The position numbers and the translations under genes were made by a program. Shown in pieces: positions 37,546-50,235 of a stretch of 64,000 nucleotides of DNA. Position 1 is the stretch's first letter. Each line of letters opens with the position of its first letter. The notes below the pieces were generated by a model. That model was not told the DNA's origin. It worked only from the letters and a program-made list of their open reading frames with translations, and did not search any database. Source of the stretch: Mytilus californianus (lineage: Eukaryota); NCBI RefSeq assembly GCF_021869535.1, contig NW_026262712.1:27218001-27282000 (forward strand), read 5' to 3'.

Positions 37546-37766
37546 GTTTCAGTGGATTCACCAACCCTCCAAACTGGAATAACAAAATGGTAGACCAGCT
37601 TGACGCATCTGACTCATCAAACAATGGTTATGAGAATGAAGACTTGATTGTTTGGATAAGAACCGCTGCTTTGCCTAACTTCAGGAAGTTACATAGACGT
37701 GTATATCACTATGGTACATTTACAAATGGTCTACCGAAAGGACAAATACCATGGAGATTGATTATT
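37546..37766 (+). pseudogene. CDC50A: CDC50A/TMEM30A (P4-ATPase flippase beta subunit) internal exon, frameshifted
   Basis: GFTNPPNW...NEDLIVWIRTAALPNFRKL matches the CDC50 motif NEDFIVWMRTAALPxFRKL; exon is 221 nt, 1 nt short (ggacaa[t]ataccatggag). Confidence 0.88.
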
Positions 37767-38550
37767 GTAAGTAAACATAAATATATAAAACTTGACACTT
37801 TTTGAAATAGCCACTTTAACAAGCTGCACCAAAATCTTTTCCAACTACTAGTTAGAAGACCAATAGTCCAAAAAATTTTCTTATGTGTCTAAACAAGTAT
37901 TTTCAAATACTTACTGGGACATCGGACTAGTAACAAATGGTGCAGACTGCTTTAAGATCATAAGGACTAAGGGCAATTTAATCGTACATACCTCAAAATG
38001 AATATAATGGCATGTCTTTGGTTGAATTGTCATTGTTTATTAGGAGGTATGATAAAAATGTTTTGGTGTACACTTTTAAAAATATTACCCAACATGCAAT
38101 ATATTCTAAAACGGTGAATTGATTATTTATCATAATATAACATCATATTGTCAAATATTGGGTGACATAAGCTTAATCTTAAAAATGTCAATAGATTCTG
38201 ACATTTAACTCGACAAACTGTTACAAATATTTTTGTAAATAACTTTTGGATTAGTATTAAAGATTTTTAAATGTTCCGATTTTACAGGGTGACAACAATA
38301 TTTTAAAACTGCCTTTTCTGTCTAAAGTGACAAAACACTACATAATTGGTGTGCATCTGAAGCGCTATTCTGGAACACTCGAACCCAAAAGATTGAAAGC
38401 ATTTGATATATAAATACCTGAATAAGAAAGGAGCAATATGAAGAAAAAGGACCTAAAAAGAAATAGCAAATTCCTAAAAGATCAACTTTGCCTCAGGGAG
38501 TAAACCCAGTTGGAACTGTACATTTGCACATGTTGATTTTCTATTTTTAG

Positions 38551-38716
38551 CTTACCCAGGGACATCATTCGATGGAAAGAAGCTGTTTATCTTGTCAACA
38601 ACATCATGGTTAGGAGGGAAGAATCCGTTCCTAGGAATAGCCTACATGGTAGTTGGAAGTATCTGTATACTCCTTGGTGTCGTATTCCTAGTCATACACA
38701 TCAAATACAGCAAACA
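38551..38716 (+). pseudogene. CDC50A: CDC50A penultimate exon with second TM helix ([55 protein letters not shown])
   Basis: Conserved [13 protein letters not shown] motif; ttttag acceptor, ca|gtaaat donor. Confidence 0.9.
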
Positions 38717-38761
38717 GTAAATTAATTGTGTTTCTACAATTATGGAAAAGAAAGTTGATGC

Positions 38762-38910
38762 ATCAGTACATGACACAAAATCACCACATGCACTTGACAC
38801 AAAATCACTAAATGCATTTGACACAAAATCACTACATGCATTTGGCACAAAATCACATTATGCACTTGACAAAATATCACTACATGCATTTGACACAAAA
38901 TCACATCATG
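38762..38910 (+). repeat. About 25-bp minisatellite x6 (tgacacaaaatcactacatgcattt) in a CDC50A-fragment intron
   Basis: Direct reading. Confidence 0.85.
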
Positions 38911-39694
38911 CTTGAAAAATACACAGAGCAAAGAAACCTCATTATAAGGTCACAGTAAGGTCCTTAAGCAAAGATTCTCATCATGCTAGCACTGCGATTT
39001 CAATACAACACCTAACTCCAGTTTTAGCTGAATATTTTGACTGGACGATTGAGTCATCAGCCCAGTTTACATATAAATAATCTTGAGGAAGAAATGTATT
39101 TTATCCCAATCATTCTCAACCCAGACATTTGTTATTTTTAAGTCCCCACCGCTAGGATGTAACTTCAAAAAATGTCAAAATATTTTGGTAATTTTAGTAT
39201 GAGAAAAGCTTAAGGACCTGGGATAACTATTTAATCCTTGCTTCATTTTGAGATACAAAAATTGTATGAAATTGAAATAGAAAGACATATTTTTTTTGCT
39301 TGTTTCTAAGATTAGAATTAAGTACCTGTTTTTGCACTTCTAAACTTCAGGGAATCAGTGAATTTTTCATTTAAGGGCTATTCCATTTGAAATAATGTAG
39401 GATGTTAAGAATATAAGTGACTTCAAAATTTTTTAAATATTGCAAACCTGAACTACAGGCTCCTAACTTGGGTCAGGCACGTAAAGAATGTGACTGGGTT
39501 AAACATGTTTGTGAGTGCTAAACCCTACTCCTAATCATTTTATTTGTAGGTATGATAAAAATGTTTTGGTGTACACTTATTTGTTTTTTGAGAAACTAAT
39601 CACTACTTACTAGACCAATCCCATTCATGGAAGATATGCAAACCATATAAGAATTAATGTACGACGATGTTATGATATATATTTTATATTTCAG

Positions 39695-39737
39695 ACCAAC
39701 TGATATAATTAACGTGAGCAGTAGAACACAATTTTAA
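39695..39737 (+). pseudogene. CDC50A: Probable CDC50A terminal exon (QPTDIINVSSRTQF*) followed by a long AT-rich 3'UTR-like tract to about 43200
   Basis: tttcag acceptor, phase-2 join to the previous exon, TAA; AATAAA cluster near 43185. Confidence 0.6.
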
Positions 39738-42419
39738 AAGACACCATTGTTACAAGACCATCAAGTTGAGCGGGCCTCAGACTGTGTATTATAGAAGACA
39801 TTTATTATGGGATTGGGAAATACAATTTGGTGGCAGTTATTAAATTTATGAAAATTAAAAAAAAAATGTGGGAAAATCATTTAATCATGTTTGTACATTA
39901 TCATTTAATGGATCAGAAATCCAAGTTTGCAATGTCTGTAAAAATATTCATTATTGTCTATAAATTGTCTGGTTTTGAACTTTGAGTGGCAAGTGAAATA
40001 AGCTTTCTTCTATTTAAGAGCTATATCATTTAAATTAATGTGGGAGGTTAAGAATCTAAGTGACTCCACCCACAACCAAATTGCTTGAAGTCACTTGCAT
40101 ACATCAATTGGACATACAACCATAAATGACCTTCAATCTATGTCCAAAAATAAAACTTTCCTTCTTGCCCTCCCCCATTCATTCTATTGGAATAACCCAA
40201 ATCATTTTCTGCCCTATGACAAGACAATTGCATTGGTGTTTTCAGGTAGATGTCTATATATTCTTTGAAGATTAATAGTGAGCAATGTAAAAATTACTGT
40301 TGAAGGTTTGCACTCCAGTTTTATATTGGCTTGCCTTGGTATAATTTAATGGAACAGTCGCAGAACTTTATGTATGTATAATCTGAACAAAAGTAACATG
40401 ATCAAAATTATTTTTTCAAAATTCCATGTCCTCTCCAGAAATAAGAAAAGTGTTTAAAGATGAAAACTAAACACAATACGTTTATAAAAATTTAATACAT
40501 GCAGAAAACTTTGTTATCTGTTCAATATGATCTAAGCTTTATTCAGTTATGTTGACTTGTTGATAGATGATGATTTTCAATGGTATAATTACACAGTGTA
40601 TAAATTGTTAAGATGTAGATTTTAGGAAATTTCTTTTGCATTTATACATGTACAAATATAAAAAAAAAATACTCATTTCCATGAGTGTTCACAAACTTAA
40701 AGATTTTTTGTTGTCGTAGCATGTGTATAAAGTTTAACTTCTATGTGATTTTAATTAATGATAGTCTTTACATTTCTTAAACTGTTAAGAAAATGCTTGT
40801 TCAGGTTAAGATGTTTTACTGATTCTCATAACATGCATAATGTTTGTACAAAAATAATGTTTTAGCTGACACAAATTTTGAATGATTTCTGTAGAAGTCT
40901 TTTAGACTGTTAAAAATTGTGGTTATATATTGCAGTTAAAAACAACACATGCATTTACTCAGTCATGCTATTCTGTGATTCATAGGTTTCATTTTATACA
41001 ATAATACATGTTTTAAATTTGAGCTTTAAATTTTTGATGTTGTATAACTATATGCAATAGAAATTACTTTTAAATCTTTTGATTTTAATGTGTATTTGAT
41101 AATTATTATTGCTTTTAAGTCATCTCTCCATTGTTAAAATTCTTAAATCACATTGAAGGTTTGGTATTATTACAAGTCAGTATGCCTGTATTTCATATGA
41201 TACAACAAGAAAGCTATAAATGACAAAAATTAAATATTTTAAGATTCTGTTGTACCTGGTTTATTTCTCTTCTTTACAAACAATTTTTATCTGCAGGACT
41301 CCCAAAATTGTTATGTATGTTTGACAATGTAATTTTTGATAAATAATAATTCGTTTCAAAATATATAGTCTAAATGTTTTATTTTGTTGTGCATAAATTG
41401 TAAATTGAAGTGGTCAGTTGATTTGTTTACAACATTTACTAGACCCATTTTAACATTTCAAGAATCTCTGTACTTACCAAAACCTTGCATGTTTTTGCAA
41501 TTAAAAACATTTTATCATTGAGTTTTTGACATAATAATTTTCGGAAATGATTATTATCATGCAAAACTAACTATTGCTTAAATATCATAGCACGTAGTAC
41601 ATAGCTTTTGTACATAAATAGTCCAGTTTTCAAAACTAATTCTTTCTTTGCTTGTGTTCAAAGCTAAAAAGAAGATATTTTGGAGGGAAAAAGATACCTC
41701 AAGATTTTTCATTTGAAATGTATGGAATGAATTTGTGTTCAACTGTATAACAAATATATAATTAAGAAATAACAAAAAGTTTCAAAATATTTTAACTAAG
41801 TTTATTTGAAATGCAAGTTTTTAGAAAACACTTAAGAAATATAGAGGTTATTGAGCAAAATTTTGTAATGCAATGTTTAGGAAAACACCAGAGGGGTAAA
41901 GAAATGTTCAAAAATAGGCAGTCAAATACCCTTATATATTCAGCCATGCAGATTTTGTTAAAGATTTTGTGTTAAACTGTAGACCATATGTATTAGTGAA
42001 CGTCAAAATGTTTGACTAAAAGTGTTTTTGAGAGTCATGGTTGTAGAAAACATTGAGCTAAGTTTTGTAATGCTTAGCTTAGGAATCCAAGGGGTGGCCA
42101 AGGAAAGTTGAAATCGTATATTGAGCAAGATTTTCAAAATTGGGGAGGGAAACTGAAACAAAATATAATAGTAATTAATGTTCGCTGAATGAAAGTTACA
42201 TGATAAATGTTAGCAATAGTGACTTGTAAATCAGGTTAAATCTAGTACATTTTTAAAGATAAAAACAATATCTAAAATATGTCACTTCATAATGTTGATG
42301 GTAACCAATATATCATTTTATTGTATATTTATCAGTTTGAATACTGTAAATTCAGAAATTATTACATGCATTTATTATTGCAATTGTTTAAACAATCGAC
42401 ACAAATTCGAGTTTAATTA

Positions 42420-42992
42420 AAGAACCTTTGTGAGGACGTTCACATACTCCACGCCCCCACATTGTCACTGGACAAACAAAATCTCACCTAACTTCTAAGT
42501 TCAAAGACTCATAACTCTACAAAAGTCAACTGATAAAAATTTTCTTGTGGATATGCACATGAGTTGCGATGACAAACTGTTGCAGTAGTATATTGAGGCC
42601 AATAAGTTCAAAGGGCATAACTCCAAGAAAAAAATTGAATCATAATTTCCTGTCGATATGCACATCTACATAGTCTGTCCATATTATCTACAAAGTTTCA
42701 TGAAATTCTGTTGTGTGGTTACAGAGAAGTTGCGACGACAAACTGTTGCAGTAGTATATTGAGGCCAATAAGTTCAAAGGGGCATAACTTCTAGAAAAAA
42801 AAATTGAATCATAATTTCCTGTCGATATGCACATCTACATAGTATGTCATTATCTACAAAGTTTCATGAAATTCTGTTGTGTGGTTTCAGAGGAGTTGCG
42901 ATGACAAAAACAGGACTGACGGACGGACAGACGGACGGACGGACGGGTCAAAAACATTATACCCTTCGCAACTTTGTTGCGTGGGGTATAAT
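42420..42992 (+). mobile_element. HINE/pearl-like element: about 166-bp tandem repeats, (gacg/gaca)n microsatellite, terminal palindrome tataccc...ggggtata
   Basis: Repeat units at 42563, 42729, 42895; microsatellite at 42915-42945. Confidence 0.75.
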
Positions 42993-44702
42993 AATTGCTA
43001 TTACAGGAAATACTGCATACCAATAATGCTATCAAAATTTAGAATATGAGTTTTTATTTTAGCGACACCTTAGTTGCAATTTTTGCAATAATAAAACACC
43101 GCAAAAATTTCTGAATTAACAGTTTATAAAGCTTACATTTGATTAATTTATTTCTGTTATGATTGTTGATAATTTTCAATTTTCAATAAAATAAAAGAAT
43201 TCTTACAAGTTTGTTTATTTCCATTATGAAACATTATATTAACTAGCAACTCATCCTACTGTGTAACAAATAGTGTATACCTTAGCAGCAATAACATAAT
43301 AAAAAAGTGGACGTAGGACATTATAGACAAAGGTGAAATAGTTGAAAAGACAGTTTATTGAATTTTTGACATAAAAAGTCCACAAACACTTAAAGACTCG
43401 ACAACGTCTATCCAACAAAAATAAAGGCGCTTCTGATTAGTAACCTAATACAGCTCTTTAGAGGATTTTTTTTTTTTACACCTTAACTACTTAAGTTTCT
43501 AAAGTGAGTGGCTTTTGTGCAGAGCCGAAAAGTCATCATGCTTAGTGAGTGGAGAAGCAAGAAATATCAAATTTTCTCAAAATATTAAGGAAAATGTTTT
43601 CATAAATATGTATAGCGTTTAATTAAAAAAAAAATCACAGTCATCAGTACGACCAATTACCAGGTAAACTTGTAATAGGCTACCATCTTCTAGAGGTGCC
43701 ACTCTGACTTAATTTGTCAAATGATAATTTATGTACAAAAGAAACACATTAAGGGTCAAAAACTGTTCCTTGTGGAACTGAGTTGTGTTTCCAAAAGTTT
43801 CATCTCCATTTGTTACGCATTGTTGACGTTGCTTTAGCCACGCATTTACTCCAGTTTTTATATTTGTATTCCATAATGCTCTAGTGAACAAAAGGCACCG
43901 TGTTTGGTATAACATCCATAGGCACTTTCCTTTGATTTTTTTTTTTTTTTTACCTATATACCTTTGCATTAGAGACATGCGCCTGTGATTACATGAATAC
44001 TTTGCTTAAGTTTAACATTCAATAGGTTGGTTCCTATCATAAAATATTCAGTATTGTCAAACCAGTCCCGCCGGGTACCAGTCTAAATATTCAGTGTCAT
44101 ATTTGCTAGCACTTTGTAACCAAGATTTTTGGCTATATCATCATTTGTTATAACAAATTGAGGGAAAGACTTCCATTTGACGCAACAAGAATAAGCTTAG
44201 ACATACACGAACGGGGATTCAAAAGGAAATCTTGTCGACAAATGGTATGCGTCTCTTTATGCTAACACATTTTTACTATCCTTAGTTTTCCAGTGACTAA
44301 AAAATACCGTCCACTTGGTTCCCTTTGAGACCTATTCTAAGGTCCATTTTGATCATATAGCTTGCCATTTGTTCGTGTCTCATACATCCTTAGCTTTCAA
44401 ATGTGTAATGGACCTAAACTTTTCTGACATGTTTTATTCAAAACTTTCCTTATATTAGTATTTACTAGCACTTGTTCGTTACAACTGCTGGTGGACTGAA
44501 AATGACTCCTTAGGGTATCATCAACTCAAACGGTAAGTTGTGCTACGGTATACCGACATGATTTATAACAAACATTCGTAAATTCTTTGTTGATAAATTT
44601 TTAGAAATTATTAAGAAATTAAGGTTCCAACTCCCGCAGGCAAAGTTGACCTTAGATAAATCTGGCTAATTTTCGAGTCCCTTTTGGTCTTTTGGCTTTC
44701 GA

Positions 44703-44744
44703 GCGTTCCTGATGAACGAATATTCAGAAAAACGCTTCGGACGC
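44703..44744 (+). ncRNA. Type I hammerhead-ribozyme-like motif within a retrozyme/PLE-type repeat (about 44330-44760)
   Basis: gcgttc-CTGATGA-...-GAAA-aacgctTC-ggacgc: core boxes present, stem I pairs with one G-U. Confidence 0.55.
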
Positions 44745-47700
44745 ACGAAATTAATAATAGAACAAGTATAATTATTATCATAAAGTGTTATTTTCATTTG
44801 AGTTATTGTTGACCTGCTTTTTTATAGTCCTTAAAAGGAACGAAATATTTGCCACTGGACGTACCAACTTTCTTCAGATACTTGCTGCTGGACGTTAACT
44901 TTCATCACATACTATAACTATACCTAAATATACATGTATTTCATTATCAAATGCTTCGTACGGTATAGTAAGCTCAGTCAATGAATGAAATAGTTGACTA
45001 AATGGAACGTCCAAGGCGTAATGGAAATTATTATTTATTGTTTAGTTGTTAATCATAAAATACATAATTTATGAAATCATTTATCCTACGTCATAACAAG
45101 CTTCGATACACATTCAATCTACCTGTATGTGTATTTGTTTATATATGATGAGAGCCATTTAAAAATCTTTCGATAGGAGTATAACAGTTTGACCGTATTA
45201 AGCAATAACTTGGTCAAATGAGGTCAGTAAACAAATTATTCACTATTCTGTGGCATTTATTTCCTTGAGCCAGTTGAGGACGTCAAGTTAAAGTTATTTT
45301 GTTATAAATTATGTTTTTAGGTTGATATTTTACAATGTCCATTTGAGACATCGTTCGTCCTAGTTTACGACTTGTTGTGATCAATGCAGTCACATTGCGA
45401 AATGTAATATATTTTTTTATCTTTTATTCTACAAATGCTAAATGCTTTAGCAATATATGTTTTATATCAAGGATCGTTGTCATACATTTTGCAGCATTCG
45501 GGTGGCTTTGGACATGTAATATAACGAGGTCTATATATATATTTATTATGTTAATTGTAATATTGATCTGTCCGTAACATAGCGACTCTGCAAAGTACAT
45601 GTATACTAAATAATCTAAAAATGTAATTACTTTGTATTGCTTGTTGCAGTTGTACCTGGGTACACGTTGATCTAAAAATAATTTCTCACATGCTTGTTAA
45701 TCACAAAAAAGCTCTTGAATTTAAAGAAGGGGAAAAGCCCTTCTTGATGTCTTTATGTCGGAGTATTGTTTTACTGTATATAAATATTTTTTTATTATAT
45801 AATAGAGTGGACATTTCTTATCTCTGAATACATATACCTCCTGAAAACAAATCAACCGAAAACTTTGTAAGATGGAATATAATTATTTCCTGTGAATCCA
45901 GAACAAACGAAAAGTAAAAAGAAGACCATGTTTTGTTTATCGGGTAACCATGCTATTTACATATCTTAATTATTTAAAATGTTAATGTTATGGTTTCTTG
46001 CGGACTGTTGTCTTGCGAACTAGCACGTTACAAAACCGGCTCAGCGTATTAGTCTGGTAGAAAGCAGGGTTCATATTCATATTACATTAACATGTTCTCG
46101 TCCTGAATATCCATTTAATTTGCCGCTGGACGTTAAACAACAATTTATCCACCATCTTACTTATGGTGCGTTTAAAAATGACAGTGAAAGTTAATTGAAT
46201 AATTTACCAGGATTACCATAACTAGACAAACATTTCGACTACATGTTTTCAAGGATATTAGCCAGGTTTAAGTAGATTCTAGTGTATAATAATGCAGCTA
46301 CGTGATATTGTTATGAAACTATTTATTTTCTTTCTATATATGTTCCTAGAAAATCACTATGATATTCCTTTTAGTACATGTTTTCCTATAGAAAACTATT
46401 GTTTCCTTGCAGTAGGTGTTCCTAGAAAGATATTATTTTCCCTTTGGAGGTATTTTATGTTTTGATTGTTTAACCTTTCAAACTTTGGTGGTTATTTATA
46501 TCCATATTTTCTGATCACTGCAAACGATATTTAATAAATTCAACAGCAAAGCAAATGTTTGTTTTTTATTTAATATCAAAGAACTGTTTGCACAAACTAC
46601 GAATTTCAAATTTTAGACATGGAAGATTCACCAAAATGTTTTTATGATTTTTGCTAAGTGACTATAAACAAAAATGCACAAAAGTCAGATTTATATTATA
46701 TATTATTACATGCATGAAATATTTACCACTGGACGTTAAACATCCAACAATCAATCAATCAATCATGTGTATGAATACTGCAAGGTTTGTCTTATATGCA
46801 GTTCAGACACGTATTTCAATTCGAACTGAACTGTTACATCAATGTTGTAGATGCAAATATTTGGTAACAAAATGTAACATGACAAACAGAGAGTATAACA
46901 AACGAAAAGTACATTCGTCAATTCCGTAATTGACCCTGTAATTAGAGAACCATTTGTAAGAGTTGTTTCCCTTAGGAGGTATATACATTTTCATTGACAA
47001 ATGAAGAGTTTGCAAAAAGAGAAAATATATCTGTGCGAAATGTGTGTAATCTTTGTTTTTGTTTCTTCAAATCTTTCAATTACTTTTAATCATTTGTTAA
47101 GCTAAACACTTTTGGTATCAATAGTTATTTTTATTTAAGTATTGGTTAAAGCGCCTACATATCATTTTTAACATATCAGGTTTTTCTTGAGCAGCAGCCA
47201 TTTTAAAACCAGTTTAAAATTGAAAAAGGGAAACAACCTGTGTGCGAAGTGTGTTATAACAGAATCAATCGATAATTGTAAATAGACAATTGAAAAATAT
47301 CAACATTTATTTAGTCGATGTAAACAATGTTCTTTTTTTGTGATTTTGGCACTTTTTATGATCACGCTGTCACCGGATGGGGCAATAGATGGGCAATAAG
47401 TGTTACCCTTGTCCGTCTGTACGTACGTCCCAAAATTGGGTTTAGTTCTCTAACTTTAGTTTGCCTCAACTAAATGTTATGAAACTTATACACAATGCTT
47501 ATTACCACAAAACACAGATCAAAGTCGACTTTGAGTGGAGTCACTTTTACCGTACTCGAGTTATGCCCCTTTATAACGTTAAATGCAAGCGGGGGCATCA
47601 TCTGTGTCCTATGGACACATTCTCCATTTAGTTCCTTTTTTATATTCCACTATCTGAAGTACCACCATTTTTGTATTGTAGTACGGATAAACAACTGCGT

Positions 47701-48340
47701 GCATTTAAAGGATAGCACATTTCGCTAGCCAAGGGTTTTGATCCAGTCCCCTCGAGGACAATGCCTGGCGACCACTGCACCAACAAAAAAATCTCATTAT
47801 CAGAATGTCATAACACATATAAACTAAGGATTTTATCCAAGGATATAATGCTAAGTTCACAACACGACATAAACATCTATGTATACACTTTTTCTATGTA
47901 TGCGAAGATCAGTTCCATCACCACAGCCATATATACACCGAAACGGTTCATGCAAACCACAAACCACGACCCATATAATGTTAATAATAAATCACTACGT
48001 AGATCACTGTATAAGTCTTTGCATTGCAGAAGTCCACTTTGGTAGAAGTATAAAAAAGCCTCCAAATGATAAATTTTACAACATATGATCAGAAATCAAT
48101 GATTCAAAGTCGGAAAGTCATGAAAAAATAATAATGTTTTGAAATTACACAAGTAAAACCATCCAAATTCCCACAAAAACATTTTGTGCGATTCACGTGA
48201 CTCTCTATTTACGTATATCATTGATGTAATTCATAACTTAAGTAGAGAATGGTGTCTAAGCGAATCTCGAGTGTTTATTTTACGAAAGTCGAAATTTGAT
48301 TATTAGATATAATTTTCAGATTGAGTGTACAGATATTATC

Positions 48341-48757
48341 ATGGATAGCCAGAATATGGATTTTTTAGATTCATCATTGCTAACTCCCGACCTAACATCT
48401 GACACAGACTTATTCTTTGGTATTGCTGACTTAGCGCTATCTGATAGCTCACCAAATCACTTATCATTTAATTCAATATGTATGTCAGTGTTAGACAAAG
48501 AGCTATCCTGTAGTTCTTCCGCAGATAGTGGTAAAGGGGAATCGGAAGATTCGGAAACAATACATAGAGGAGAATCGGAAGATTCGGAACCGGTACATGA
48601 AGAAAAATCGAAAGATTCGAAAGTGGCACAGAAACCGCCAAAGAAAAAGCATCACAAAAATCAACCGCCTGATGCTGAACATCTTCCGCCATGTAGAGTT
48701 TGTGGAGAAAAGGCATCGGGACTTCATTACGGCGCTAATACATGTGAACCATGCAAG
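48341..48757 (+). CDS. NR-B coding exon 1, copy a (A/B region + zinc finger 1); exon acceptor at 48319, exon 48320-48757
   Basis: MDSQNMDF...[22 protein letters not shown]; tttcag acceptor; aag|gtaagt donor. Confidence 0.9.
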
Positions 48758-49818
48758 GTAAGTAGATGAAACATTAACTCAATTGTATTATACAGTTTAC
48801 CATGTGGTATGGATTGCAAACTATTTTATGAGATTGGGACTACTGAAGTCTTTAACTCATTTTTTTGTGAAAAGTAGTATAACATCAGCCTCATTGTAAG
48901 AAAAACTTACTAATAGTTTATTTGAAATAAGTTTGCAGGTATTCCGAGAGGATTCACATTATATTTCAATTGAAGATCTCTGTAAAATATTTAGGGTAAA
49001 TGATGCATTTTCACATTTGTACTAAATTGACATTTACGCTTCACGAGAATTAACCATATTGTGGTTATAACTGATTCAAATCTTTCAATTACTTTTAATC
49101 ATTTGTTAAGCTAAACACTTTTGGTATCAATAGTTATTTTTATTTAAGTATTGGTTAAAGCGCCTATATATCATTTTTAACATATCAGGTTTTTCTTGAG
49201 CAGCAGCCATTTTAAAACCAGTATAAAATTGAAAAAAAAATGCCTGGCGACCACTGCACCAACAAAAAAATCTCATTATCAGAATGTCATAACACATATA
49301 AACTAAGGATTTTATCCAAGGATATAATGCTAAGTTCACAACACGACATAAACATCTATGTATACACTTTTTCTATGTATGCGAAGATCAGTTCCATCAC
49401 CACAGCCATATATACACCGAAACGGTTCATGCAAACCACAAACCACGACCCATATAATGTTAATAATAAATCACTACGTAGATCACTGTATAAGTCTTTG
49501 CATTGCAGAAGTCCACTTTGGTAGAAGTATAAAAAAGCCTCCAAATGATAAATTTTACAACATATGATCAGAAATCAATGATTCAAAGTCGGAAAGTCAT
49601 GAAAAAATAATAATGTTTTGAAATTACACAAGTAAAACCATCCAAATTCCCACAAAAACATTTTGTGCGATTCACGTGACTCTCTATTTACGTATATCAT
49701 TGATGTAATTCATAACTTAAGTAGAGAATGGTGTCTAAGCGAATCTCGAGTGTTTATTTTACGATGTCGAAATTTGATTATAAGATATAATTTTCAGATT
49801 GAGTGTACAGATATTATC

Positions 49819-50235
49819 ATGGATAGCCAGAATATGGATTTTTTGGATTCATCATTGCCAACTCCCGACCTAACATCTGACACAGACTTATTCTTTGGTA
49901 TTGCTGACTTAGCGCTATCTGATAGCTCACCAAATCACTTATCATTTAATTCAATATGTATGTCAGTGTTAGACAAAGAGCTATCCTGTAGTTCTTCCGC
50001 AGATAGTGGTAAAGGGGAATCGGAAGATTCGGAATCAATACATAGAGGAGAATCGGAAGATTCGGAACCGGTACATGAAGAAAAATCGAAAGATTTGAAA
50101 GTGGCACAGAAACCGCCAAAGAAAAAGCATCACAAAAATCAACCGCCTGATGCTGAACATCTTCCGCCATGTAGAGTTTGTGGAGAAAAGGCATCGGGAC
50201 TTCATTACGGCGCTAATACATGTGAACCATGCAAG
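49819..50235 (+). CDS. NR-B coding exon 1, copy b (exon 49798-50235)
   Basis: Near-identical tandem copy, open frame, intact splice sites; L>P, T>S and S>L relative to copy a. Confidence 0.9.

Noticed and set aside
36380-43300. Helitron boundaries enclosing the CDC50A fragment
   Set aside because: No convincing A|TC start or hairpin-CTAG|T end found
43709-43978. Minus-strand ORF with Trp/Cys content
   Set aside because: Spans a poly-A run, has no acceptor or motif, and I cannot assign it
47720-47790. Minus-strand Pol III A/B-box-like relic upstream of NR-B
   Set aside because: Boxes are degenerate, with no SINE body or tRNA fold to support it
47761-48088. Overlapping ORFs repeated exactly at 49240-49567
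   Set aside because: No recognisable protein; the repetition only reflects the tandem duplication
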